Shown here: positions 1-11,274 of the stretch, one piece after another
How the letters are laid out: every line of letters starts with the position of its first letter
Numbering within the stretch: position 1 is the stretch's first letter
NCBI RefSeq assembly: GCF_009914755.1
Contig: NC_060946.1
Origin: the human T2T-CHM13v2.0 reference genome, Homo sapiens
Length of the DNA stretch: 64,000 nucleotides
Reading direction: 5' to 3' (one strand)
Notes under the pieces: generated by a model
Told to the model about the DNA's origin: nothing
Seen by the model: only the letters and a program-made list of their open reading frames with translations
Database searches by the model: none
Position numbers and translations under genes: made by a program

Positions 1-102
1 AGGATGCTTAATCTGAAGTATATACTTGGGGAAAAATGAATTATATCTTAATAATAATCTGGAATTTTTCTCTCTAACTTGACATATTTTAATTCTTGCT
101 AG

Positions 103-204
103 ATTTTCAAAACGTCATACCTCGAACCACCACCAGATGGCTATGAGAATGTTACAAGTATTGTGCCACCATATAATTCTTTCTCAGCCCAAGGCATGCC
201 AGAG
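103..204 (+). pseudogene. NAALAD2 (paralogous fragment): Duplicated NAALAD2-like coding exon (glutamate carboxypeptidase III, protease-associated domain region); non-processed fragment
   Basis: AG at 101-102, then 102 nt reading [34 protein letters not shown], then GT at 205-206. Matches recalled NAALAD2 [34 protein letters not shown] better than FOLH1. No further NAALAD2 exons were recognised downstream. Confidence 0.88.
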
Positions 205-504
205 GTAAAATAAAATACATTTGTAACCCAAGTCTTTAAATGGTTCTTTTGCTATATAAAACCTGTATAGAGGACTAAAACCAAGGAAATTAGGTGAGTC
301 ATTCATGCGGATTCATTGTTTGATATTCATTACTATGAAAACCTCATCCCTCAAATTTAAAAAATTATAATAAAATAGAACACCAGACACAGAAAAAAGA
401 AACAAAACAAATACATTAAAAACTGACCTTGCTGAAGCAGATGCCACTCTTTGAAATAACAAAGAAACTGCTGAACATGCCTTTAATTCAGTGAGGCAGT
501 AGGT

Positions 505-611
505 GTTTTTTTGTTTGTTTGCTTTTGTTTCGTTTTGTTTTTTTGAGATGGAGTTTCGCTCTTGTCACCCAGGCTGGAGTGTAGTGGCACAATCTGGGCC
601 AAGCAATTCTC
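505..611 (-). mobile_element. AluS (Sq/Sp-like) 3' fragment, internally deleted and truncated
   Basis: T-rich tail, then GAGATGGAGTTTCGCTCTTGTCACCCAGGCTGGAGTG...AATCTGGGC joined to CAAGCAATTCTC, then non-Alu sequence. Confidence 0.85.
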
Positions 612-1799
612 TTGTAAATAAAATTTACAATAAAGTTGTAGAGTGTAGGGCTGTCAGAAATTTCACTTAGTCTCAAAGGAATTTGTTGAGTGTAAAAGTA
701 TTTAGTGCTATAATAACAATGTCTCTGTCAGTGTGAAATTGCTTCTTTTTTGAAATGAATATAAAAAGAATTTATCAGAAGCATCTTTAATAAATTCAAT
801 AGAATTTACTAACAAACTTAAGACATTGTTCCTAGGAGTAAAAGGAAAAACAATTCTCTGAAGATGCACAAAGATGATAACTTTGTCACGCCTAGATCTG
901 CCATTATCCAGAGCTGTGGGTCTCTTTAAGACCCAGGGGCTAAATGGGCTGCACCTTATTCTTGGTGTGATGATCCCCATATTCTATCCCCTTTCCTGCC
1001 TTTGGTATAATTTCTTATGGTTCTCCAGCATGGAGAGCTGACTAGTAATACCAGGTCTCATTATTTCAACTAAAATCTCTGTTTCACTCGCTGACTATAG
1101 GAGCCTGGATTAAAATCAACTTGAAGCCCTCTATCAATCTAGGCTCAAATAGTCAATTGTTTCAAAGTAGGATGACAAAGGCCATATCCCCTGAGTAAAG
1201 CTCTGAGCTGCGCTCCCCACCAGCCTGTTCCTGGGGTCTCAGGTGCATCTGCCCTAGAGTCTGGCTTTCTGGAGAGCAGGTGAAGGGGGAAAAGCCAGGT
1301 CAGTGAACCTCTCTCCTTAGCAAGGGCAGCTGCTGCCCAATGCATGTTCTTGCCATGCACCAGGGCATTATCCTGACCCAGATGCCAGCCACCCTGTCTC
1401 ACATCCATTTAGAGAGAATCTCCATCTTCTGCCAAGACACTGCCCATGTAGATGAAAAAGTATTTTGCATCCAAACATATCTTAAGCACTGATTTGAACC
1501 TCAATACTTCACACAGATGCCTTTGTCCAGGGCGTGTCGGCCTGGCTCAACAGCAGGGGAAGTGGAGCCAATTACGTCAGTGTCAGTGGACTGAGAAATA
1601 CTCCAGGGAGTAGTTCTCATGCACGACTACCAGTGGCCAGACCAAGGTAGTGCAGCCTGTGCACAAACCTCCTGCTGCTTTTCCAGAGGACTGGATTTCT
1701 GGGAAATGGCTACTGAACAGGCTGCCAGGATCCATATATCCAGATTCAGAGAGATACATCTCTGGATTCAAATGCGCTTTTTCTTTGTGCATAATTTTT

Positions 1800-2225
1800 G
1801 CAGTCATTGTTACTACGCCTTGGGGATTCTAGTCATTATACTTCAGCCGACTCTCTATGGCCCTTTCTCCCCTTCACTGCTCTATCTGAACCTGGGGAAG
1901 CAGCTCAGGCTGCAAATGAGGCAGACCTCATGGCCTGGAATTAGCATCCCCTAGGACGGCTGTCAATCAGTGATGACAAGGGAGGCGTACACATCCCCCA
2001 GCTCCCTCACCTCTCAGGTGGAATAACAGAGGCATTTTTCCTGTGTTTCTATGTGGGCTTGAGCTCTCGTCATCCTCAGAGGTGGCTCCTTCTGAGGCAC
2101 CTTTCACTTTCGCTTTCCCTCCTTCCCTCCCTTGCTCACTTGCTTGTTTCCCGCACTTTGTAAATATACTGCCTGCATGCGAATCTTTGGCATCCTTCTC
2201 ACTGAGGGGACCCAACCTAATGCAT
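1800..2225 (+). mobile_element. Old ERVL LTR (LTR16/LTR33-like), degraded
   Basis: Ends in ...GAGGGACCCAACCTAATGCA, resembling LTR16-type termini. Boundaries are approximate. Confidence 0.35.
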
Positions 2226-2589
2226 TGGAAAAATCCTCATTCTTGGAGGGCATCGTTGGTTTGAATTATTGCCACTTCTCATGTTTTAATGCATAGGGAA
2301 ATTCCAAAACTTTAGGAAATCTTTAAATTCCCTTTGCCCATCTATCTTAGATTTGATTTTAGTAGAGATTCATTTTCTCTAGGTCACAAAATCACAGAAG
2401 CCTTCCACAAATGGCTACACAACATAGAGTCCACATAGAGCAGAGACTCAGAATCTCCCAGGATTTGACATCCACACATCAGACAGTCCTAGAGTCTCAG
2501 GTTTTTTCTAGGTCGATCGCCTCATAAATCTGCCTTGTGATATTTTTATTCTACCTTAGGGGAAGATCATTGTGTGGATGATGAGAGTT

Positions 2590-3053
2590 GTTTGTGGAAT
2601 GAATAATACACCCACTAAAGACATCATTGTCCTAATGTCTGGAATCTATGATCATTACTTATGAATATGTCAAAAATAACTTGGCAGACATGGTTGAGAA
2701 TTTTGGGGTCAGGAGAGTATCCTGAATTATCTGGGTGAGACCATCATAATCACAAGGGTCCTTACAATAGGGAGGGAGGAAGGTAACAGCCAGAGAGGAC
2801 CTGGGACAACGGACGGGGAAACCGGAGTGATGGAGGTAGGGGCCATGCTGCTGGGAATGTGGGAACATCAGAAAGATGGAATGCTCGATATTGGATTCTC
2901 TCTCTTGAAGCCTAGACTGAATAGAGCCCTATTACTCCTTGATTTTACTTCATTGAGACTTCTGACCTCCGGAAATGTAAGGTAATACACTTGTGTTATG
3001 TGGAGCAGTAAGGTTGTGGTAATTTGTTACAGCAGCAACAGGAAACCAATGCA
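2590..3053 (+). mobile_element. MLT1 (MaLR) LTR, MLT1C/D-like
   Basis: Internal ATCCTGAATTATCTGGGTG...AATCACAAGGGTCCTTA and terminal GTAATTTGTTACAGCAGCAACAGGAAACCAATGCA. Confidence 0.7.
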
Positions 3054-3356
3054 AGGGGAAGGGGTGTGTTTTACTTCTCTAGTGTATCACTGTCCTCTGT
3101 TCTCCCAAATAGTTCTGTGTTTTTCTGTTTGCTGTCAATTTCAACAAGAGACAGAAAACATTTTTCTATGAGGAGAGCTAGCACCACAATTCTTCTTGTG
3201 TAGAAAGTGTCTTCAGTAATTCTCTGGGTTAGGTCTTGTATAATCTTGGTATCTGAGAGCCTGGAGGTCATCCCTCACAGCACATGAGAAGAGGAAGGGG
3301 ATGCGGGTTTGCTGTTTTAACATTTGTGGGGCAAATTAGATGTACAAGACCCATTC

Positions 3357-3710
3357 TTTTTTTATTATTATTATTGTTCTTTAAGTTCTAGGGTACATGT
3401 GCACAACGTGCAGGTTTGTTACATACGTATACATGTGCCATGTTGGTGTGCTGCACCCATTAACTCGTCATTTACATTAGGTATACCTCCTAATGCTATC
3501 CCTGCCCCCTCCCCCCACCCCACGACAGGCCCTGGTGTGTGATGTTCCCCTTCCTGTGTCCATATGTTCTCATTGTTCAATTCCCACCTGTGAGTGAGAA
3601 CATGCAGTGATTGGTTTTTTTGTCCTTGCGATAGTTTGCTGAGAGTGATGGTTTCCAGCTTCATCCATGTCCCTACGAAGGACATGAACTCATCCTTTTT
3701 TATGGCTGCA
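3357..3710 (-). mobile_element. L1PA (PA3-PA5-like) 3' end, 5'-truncated
   Basis: T-rich tail, then TTTAAGTTCTAGGGTACATGTGCACAACGTGCAGG... The minus-strand ORF MSFVGTWMKLETITLSKLSQGQK is the ORF2 C-terminus. Confidence 0.93.
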
Positions 3711-4029
3711 AGTGAGGACTGAGTCAGAGAAATGGGGATGGCAGAGGAGACAAAATGTGGTCAGGGCCGTGTAAGATGTGACCCTGCTGCCATATCTGAA
3801 AGAAAGGCTGTTGGTGTTTGTAAAGGCTTTGGGCAAATTGTGCTTTGTAGACAAAACTGTAGAAGGGTCTGGGTTTAAGCTTAGTGTCAGCGTGATGAGG
3901 ACTAGAGGTCGCAGTGAGCTTGTGTTAAGAAATCCACCCTGCACTTCTGGCTTTGTCTCTTTTCTGGTTTTATATGTGGTGGGCTCCTCTATGGAATGAA
4001 CGTGGCTCTGTGGAAGGAACATATTTAAG

Positions 4030-4190
4030 GTCAGACAGACCTAGATTCCAAGTTCAGCTTCAACAACTGCTGACCAAGTGACTTTTATGCAAATCAGCCA
4101 TGTGCTGTCATGAACAGTTTCCTCATGTGTGAAATGGGGCACTGAGGATGTGAAGGGGTGTCCTGAGGGTTCCGCCAGCTGATGCACCAT
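4030..4190 (+). mobile_element. MIR SINE
   Basis: GTCAGACAGACCTAGATTCCAAG...CAGTTTCCTCATGTGTGAAATGGGG MIR core. Confidence 0.7.
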
Positions 4191-4499
4191 GAAGTGTACA
4201 TACATGTATAGACAGACACACACACATACATGAGAAGAGTATCTAGTGCCCCTTTTATGCATTCTTGAGTAACTCAGGATGTTATGTGAGATATTAACAG
4301 TCATATGTCATTTTCAACTAAAATTATCAATATTTATCTTATAACTAACAGATGCTTCTCTGTACACTGTAGGTTTCATGTACATTTCTTCAATCACAAA
4401 ATTTTTCACCAATCTATTTATGTCTAGTATCAGAAAGTTAAGCAAGGAGATTGCAAACCAACACAACACCTTTAGTCTGGATTTTCCCGGAGCCCCATT

Positions 4500-4965
4500 T
4501 GTGTTAGTGTCCTCGGGCTACTGTAACAAGTTCTCAAAAAAGTGGTAGCTTCAAACAACAGGAATGGACTCTCTCATAGTTCAGAAGTCCAGATCAGTTT
4601 CACTGGGCTAAGATCTTGGAGTCATCAGTTCTGGCTCCTTCTGAAGCTCTAGGGAGCAGTCTGATTTAGCTCTTCCAGCTTCTGGTGGCTTCTCTCTCCC
4701 GGGATGTGGACACATCACTGCAATCTCTGTCTCTGTGCCCACATTGCCTTCTCCACTTCAGTCTATGCTAAATGTCTCTCTACCTCTTGTTTTTTTTACG
4801 ACACTTGAGTTTGCATTTAAGTCCCAGTTGATTAATCTAAGACCATCTCCCTGTTTCAAGCTCCTTAATTTACACCTGCAAACGCTGTTTTCCCAAATGA
4901 GATACATGCATAGTCTTCTTGGAATGAAACCTCACTATTTGGGGATGATACTCAGTACTACACCA
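4500..4965 (-). mobile_element. MLT1 (MaLR) LTR
   Basis: TGTGTTAGTGTCCTCGGGCTACTGTAACAAG...CTCTTCCAGCTTCTGGTGGC is the reverse complement of an MLT1B/C-like consensus. Confidence 0.7.
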
Positions 4966-5098
4966 TTACATAACCAGGTCTCAGTGTTAGTCCTGTACAT
5001 ACATCACAATCTCTCTCTCTCTCTCTCTCTCTCCACACACCCTGGCTTCCTCCTTTTCTCAATGTCATAAATCTCTTCAATTCCTTAAGTGTATCCAG

Positions 5099-5953
5099 TG
5101 ATACCTATAAACAAATAAGTATCTGAGAAAAGTCTTAATCAGTTTAGAAATTTATTTGGTCAAAGTTAAAGAAATATCAGTGAAACAGCCTCAGGAGGTC
5201 TTGAGAACGTGTGTCAAAGGTCGTCGGGCTACAGGTTGGTTTTACACGTTTTAGGGAGACATAAGTTATCAATCAATACGTGTAAGCTGTACATTGCTTT
5301 GATATGGAAAGACAGGACAGCCCGAAGGAGGGGGGATGTTGGGGACTTCCAGGTCATAGGTGGATTCAAAGATTTCATAGGTGGTTGAAAGAGTTTATCT
5401 AATGACCTGTAATCAATAGAAGGGAGTTTCTGGGTTTAGAAAAAGGGTTTTGGAGCCAAGGTTGCATCATGCAGATGAAGCCTCCAGGTAGCAGGCTTCA
5501 GAGAGAATAGATTGTAATTGTTTCTTAGTAGACTTAAAAGGTGCCAAACTCTTAGCTAAATCTCTCTGGGTCAGGAAAGAGACTTAAAAAGGAATCTCTA
5601 GAGAATGTAGATTTTTCCCACAAGAACCAGCTTTGCAGAGGCATTTTTAAATACATTAAATAACAATATCTTGGGGAAAATACTTTGATTTCCCTTAGGA
5701 CGTGGTATCTGTCACATTGGTATCTTATTGCTATAAAGAGTTTTCTTTGTCAGTCTCAAGGTCTCTGTCTTCATATTAAAAGCTGGTCAGTTGTGCCTGA
5801 ATTTTAAAGGGAAGAGGGTAAGTTAAGGCATATCCAATCATCCGTTCCGATCATGGACTGCATTGTACTTCAGGTTGATTTTGGTGTGTCCTTGGCTGAG
5901 AGGAGGAGTTCATTCAGTTGGTTAGGAGCTTAGAGTTTCATTTTTGGTTTACA
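5099..5953 (-). mobile_element. MER4-group ERV1 solo LTR (MER4B/D/E-like)
   Basis: Reverse complement starts TGTAAACCAAAAATGAAACTCTAAG. Contains ACAGCCTCAGGAGGTCTTGAGAAC and TTTTAGGGAGACATAAG motifs typical of MER4. Confidence 0.75.
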
Positions 5954-7559
5954 CACCTATGTCCAGGTAAGAGGGCCCCACACAGGAGGGCTTGCTCAGA
6001 ACCTGGCTTGCAGGGCTGCTTACAGATCTTCTATGTCTCCTGTTGTCATGCACAAGGAAGGACACAGCCAATGACAACCCTCAGCCATCCGGGGAGAATC
6101 TGTGTCTGCAGAGGACGGTCATGAGCTGTGAGTCTAGAGACCTGTGATTGTCTTCAGGGGCCTGTGGTCCTCGGCTTTCATAGGAGTTGTGGGGGCACTG
6201 GCTCAAATAGCATCCACCAGGATTCCAATCAGAATATCTCATTTACAGAAGGCAGTGGTGATATGACAGCACAGAAGGACTCTGTGGGGCCAGCTGCATG
6301 GAGCACTCTAGGAGAGTCACTGGCATCCGTACTAGACAGAGCTTCATTCAACTTCTGGAGCACACGGATTTAGATCTCTTTACATCATTTTGAAAGACCA
6401 TTTATCATTCTGAAGGAAACCACTGTAATTAACTAAGGTAGCATCTTTAATAGGTAGAAAGAAAAAAGTGATTATTTTATTGCCAAGATGATTACAAGAA
6501 AAGAAACAAACAAAAATAGCAGGAAGGAAAGAGCAACACTAGACTGAGGGCTTTGGGTAAGAGGTTGAGACTTAGTAGTGAATGCCCTGGGCCATCTTCT
6601 GTCAAAAGGGAGGGACAATCAGCAAAGGGAAATATGCAGTAGAGGCAAAATCTTGGTTAGTAAAAGAATCCTAAGAGAAAACAAGAAGTCTCCTTCTTGA
6701 GCATCATGTTGGTGTCAGGAAGATGCACATAATCCTCCCATTGCATGTCTTACACTTTTCAGCAATTAGGGCTCAGCATGAATTTAGAAGACACCATTCA
6801 CTTCACAGCAGATGGGGACACAGTCAAGGCAGCGGTGAGAGGCAAGGCTGGGCTTTCAGTCTCAGAGCACAGAGCAGGTTCCCCACTACTCCGCACCCTG
6901 GTGTCTCCTCCCAGATGTTCCAGATGTTCCACCTCATTCTTGCCTTAAGGGCTCCAAGTTGTTAACGGGACAGTAGCCCTCTTCGTTTCCCATGGTTTCT
7001 AAGAATTTGGCTCTCTTTTGTGTGTTGTGGGGTTTGTTTGCCATCTAGAGGCAGGTTTTTGGCATAGCAACTTACAGGCTTTTTCTACTTGTGATAGCGC
7101 AAATAAATACATAAATAAATTCATCATAAATAATAAATTGACTTAATGCATTGAATCTGTAAAAAAAAAAATAAGGTCAGTGTGAGAGCTTAAAAGGAGA
7201 CTGATGAGGTTAAAAAGACAAATTACCTTTAGTAAAGAACAGTTGGAGCAATACATCATTCTTTAATCAATGACATTTTAGGAGTAATTATCAAATGGTA
7301 AATAAAACTTGAAATAATCTGATAAAATATAATTTTATATGCAAAAAAATATTGCCAAGAACCATACAAATACATTTTCAGATTAAAACAAAGAAAAAAT
7401 GTGGGTTTATCATCAGATCCGCTAAATGGAAGATTTCTCAAATGTGTGTTTGGAGCAAAAATAACACTTATCCCTATTTGAAAGTTCAAGATTTTTGAGC
7501 TTTAGAAGAAAATAGCTTTCCCTTTACTCTGTTCCACTCACCCTTCTGAGGATGGACAT

Positions 7560-7952
7560 GGGGCAAAAAGCCGCGGCGGCGGAGGGCAAAAAGCCGCGGC
7601 GGCGGGGGGCAAAAAGCCGCGACGTCGGGGGGCAAAAAGCCGTGGCAGCGAGGGGCAAAAAGCCGTGGCGGGCGAAAAGCCGCGGCGGGCAAAAAGTCGC
7701 GGCGGCGGCGGGGCAAAAACCGACGGCGACGGGTGGGGGGCAAAAACCCAGGGCGAGCAAAAAGCCGCGGCGGCAAAATTCGCAGCGGCGAGGGGTCAAG
7801 AAGCCGCGGCGGGCAAAAACCCCTGGCGCCGGGGGGGGGCACAAAGACGCGGCGGGCAAAAAGCCGAGGCGGGGTGGGTGGAAAAAGCCGCGGAGGGTAA
7901 AAAGCCGCGGCGGCGGGTGGGGGGCAAAAAGCCGCGGCGGCGGAGGGCAAAA
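7560..7952 (+). repeat. GC-rich pericentromeric duplication-junction repeat (CAAAAAGCCGCGGCGGCGGGGG-type), copy 1
   Basis: Tandem degenerate 17-24 bp units GGGCAAAAAGCCGCGGCGGC. This CAAAAG/GCTTTTTGC repeat class is known at the edges of human pericentromeric duplicons. Confidence 0.9.
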
Positions 7953-10072
7953 TAGTGGGGATGGGGTAGAAGGCCGGCACAGCTTGGCATTGCTGGAGTG
8001 TGATGTGATAGGAAATGTGCAGCCAAAGACAAAAAAAGATGTAAGTAGGCTTGACTCATTACAGCTAAGAACCCAGATGTTACCTTGAGGGTATTAACTA
8101 ATAAGCAGTTTAAATCACAATGGCACATTCTGATTTGTTTTTTGTATGTTCACATTTGGCAGTCATAGATACTGTTTGAAAAGAGAAAAGTCAGTAGATA
8201 GAGGTAACAAACTTAAATATGTGCCAAGTCTAGAAAGAAGAGACCAGGGGGATAAGGACCTTTCAAAATAAAATGCAAGATTTGAAAACTGATTGGCTGG
8301 GGGATGAGGTAAAGGCAGGTCTTTAAGGTCAATCCCTGTTTTGCTTTAAGTTGTTAGGGGGTGGTTTTATCACATGTTGTAGAATATGTCATTTCAGTTT
8401 TGAACATCTTGAGTTAAATTGTCCTAACGTATCTTATGAATTTGATTTTCTTCCCTGGGAAGCTAATATTTCAAAAACTTAAAGAGTATAGATTTCCAAC
8501 TTGTATCCAATTTATAAAACTATCTCTAGGCTGCTGATTTCAGGAGGACGCTCATGAATATTCTCTTTGCAGAGAATATATCAGGAGTTAACAACAGCTT
8601 CAATATTTGTGGACACCCAGTTAACTAAGCCACCTCTTAGTGTATTGAGATGGGAAATCTTAGCTGAAGATATTCAATAATGAACCAACAGTGACTAAAA
8701 AATTCAATATTGAAGTATATTTCATTGTAATTAATTTGAATTGAAGTAGCCATATACAGCTAGTATTTACTACATTGAACAATGCAAATAAGAGGAAAAA
8801 AATAATAACCATCTCTAATACCACATGCCAAAATCCTCATCAATTTATTCTAGCTAAAGGAGTTGATCAGAAGCAGCAGTTGAAAGCACCAACTAAACCA
8901 GCTGGGGTTAGTTCACTGTCATTCTCTCAGAACCACCTCTTCTCTGAACAAAACAAGTACAAGAGTTCATTGTGAATCTGCATTCTCCTTGCCTATTTTA
9001 AGGTTTTGATGTTGACACTAATTTGTGAAGTCCCTCCTGTGGTGTGATATTTCGTTTTCCTTGCTTTCTGTTAGGACAAGAATGCCTCAGCTCTTAATTT
9101 AAAATTATGTTTCTCCCTCCTACATTGAGTGAACTTAGAATGCATTCTCTGACATATCCAAGTTTTTGTTAATATGAATTTGGGGAAAAAAGCATACTTA
9201 ATTAGCTAAGACTTCTTATTCTAGGCTTGACCCTGTGTTCGACATCTTTTGAATTTCTAGTTGCATGGGTTGCTCTCTGACACTGGTTAGTGACCTGGAA
9301 GCTATATTAACGTCAGGGGAGGTGGTGTATGAGCATTAGAGGTATCATTGCAAGGAATGACTTGTCTTATCTCAATACGTCTTTCTTTTTGCACACAAGA
9401 AAGTCAGTGTTTGAGTCTTCTAAAATCTTCCTATTTCCAAGTTGCAGAGTACCATTGATTCCTAAACAAAGATCTAATTTTTGAGTCAGAGACGTGGCAA
9501 GGTAGTGAATCACCATTATAATTTAACAATCTTCAAGATAAAATTATCTCTCTGATAGTTAGATTTTGCCCAATTATTAAGATATTTGGGTGTTTCGTTA
9601 AGAATGGAAGACTCTAGTCTCTTGAGCAGAGACTATAAAGGCCTCAGATGATCATTTTTAATTTTATGCTCTTTTCTTTAACACCTTCAACACAGTTGGA
9701 AGCAGCCGATATTCCCCAGAGTTGTTGTGTTTTTAAAAGCAAATGCATCGTTCAGTGGTAGAAAACTGGGCTGTTCCAAGCTGTTTTCAGTAAACACTTC
9801 ATTTCAGGTGACCTATTTCATATTAAATAATCTCTAGATCCTGTCTTCCAAACTAACTAGATCAGATAACCTACCCTGGATTTTCTCCTTTTAGGGTCTG
9901 TGAGCTGCAGTCACTTTTGTGAAAATGATTGCAATCACAAGATAGAGTTGTAGATGAGGAAAATGTTTTGACTAATTTAAGTATAGTGGTATTTCATATG
10001 AGAATTTAAGTTACACACATTTGAAAATTATAATGGAGTATCTTGGCTGAGCTTTAAAAAAATAGCGTTTAG

Positions 10073-10377
10073 GGCCGGGCGCGGTGGCTCACGCCTGTAA
10101 TCCCAGCACTTTGGGAGGCCGAGGCGGGTGGATCATGAGGTCAGGAGATCGAGACCATCCTGGCTAACAAGGTGAAACCCCGTCTCTACTAAAAATACAA
10201 AAAATTTAGCCGGGCGTGGTGGCGGGCGCCTGTAGTCCCAGCTACTCGGGAGGCTGAGGCAGGAGAATGGCGTGAACCCTGGAAGCGGAGCTTACCGTGA
10301 GCCGAGATTGCGCCACTGCAGTCCGCAGTCCGGCCTGGGCGACAGAGCGAGACTCCGTCTCAAAAAAAAAAAAAAAA
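10073..10377 (+). mobile_element. AluYb8, full length
   Basis: Diagnostic 7-bp duplication GCAGTCCGCAGTCC, plus GGGTGGATCATGAGG, CTAACAAGG and GAGATTGCG. CpGs largely intact. A16 tail. Confidence 0.95.
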
Positions 10378-11274
10378 CTTTGTCTAGTAAGTTTGATGTC
10401 TGGGTTTCCTTAGAGATATTCTCTGTCAATTTGTTTTGTTCCTTTGAATGAGCCACACTTTCCCGTTCTTTGTATGCCTTGTAACTTTTTTTGAAAACTG
10501 GACATTATAATAATTATAATTACTATGTGGTTACTCTGTAAATCAGAACCCCCCCTACAAACACAGTAATGTTTTGTGGTTTTAAATTTTCTTTACTTAT
10601 TATATTGTTAAGGATTTTTTTTAGTGAAATTTTCCAAAGTGATTTACAAAACTGTTTGCTTTATAAGGTGTGGTCACCAAAGTGTTTTTGTTTCCTTAAC
10701 AAATGTTAAGCTAATGTTTTGACAGTGATTTTCTTGTATGTCAGGAACTAAGCAAACAGGCAAATACAACGAAAACAAAGAAAAACAAGTAATCATTATC
10801 CAGCAAAATATGTCTCTAGGCCATGCAGACTGGCTTTGTGCTGGGTTCTTTAAAGCCGCCACAAAGTGTGTGTTCACTCTTGCACTGAGTGAAGTTCAAG
10901 TTCACTCTTGCACAGAGCTTGCACTGAGGGGAGGGATCGGCCAAGGTAAAAGTGTTGGGTCTTCTTATGACATTTGTCAGCATGTGGCTTAACCTATGCA
11001 TACATGTGACTTTCTAGACTCTCCCATGTACGTGAATGATTTTGAATGTCTTAGTTTTCCAAATACTCTTCTCCAACTTTTCTTCCTGTGCTGAAGGTGA
11101 TCTACTATATGTGTAAACTCTAATTTTTGCCCTAAGCATCCGTGGTTTGTTAGTTCTCCTTGCAGAGTTTCTTAAAAATGTGCATTCCTTATCTGTTCTT
11201 TATTCTAGCAACACAGAAAAAAACAGCCTTTCATTAGTCCTTTAGATATCCCCCAGACCTGTCTGAACAGACAC
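10378..11274 (-). repeat. Inverted paralogous copy of 62158-63055 (old L1M 5'/ORF1-start region)
   Basis: The reverse complement matches 62158-63055 along its whole length. The ORF track shows the same peptides (MHRLSHML.., MSLGH.DWLCAGFFK..) on opposite strands at both places. Confidence 0.92.

Noticed and set aside
7560-7952. CRISPR-like or prokaryotic repeat array
   Set aside because: No unique spacers and no cas genes; the context is unmistakably primate.
7486-8128. Overlapping Arg/Gly/Lys-rich and Pro/Phe-rich ORFs up to 178 aa
   Set aside because: Translations of the GC-rich tandem repeat, whose unit lacks stop codons in most frames.
10674-11001. Same short peptides predicted here and at 62435-62626, suggesting a conserved gene
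   Set aside because: Explained by the recent inverted DNA duplication of L1M-derived sequence.
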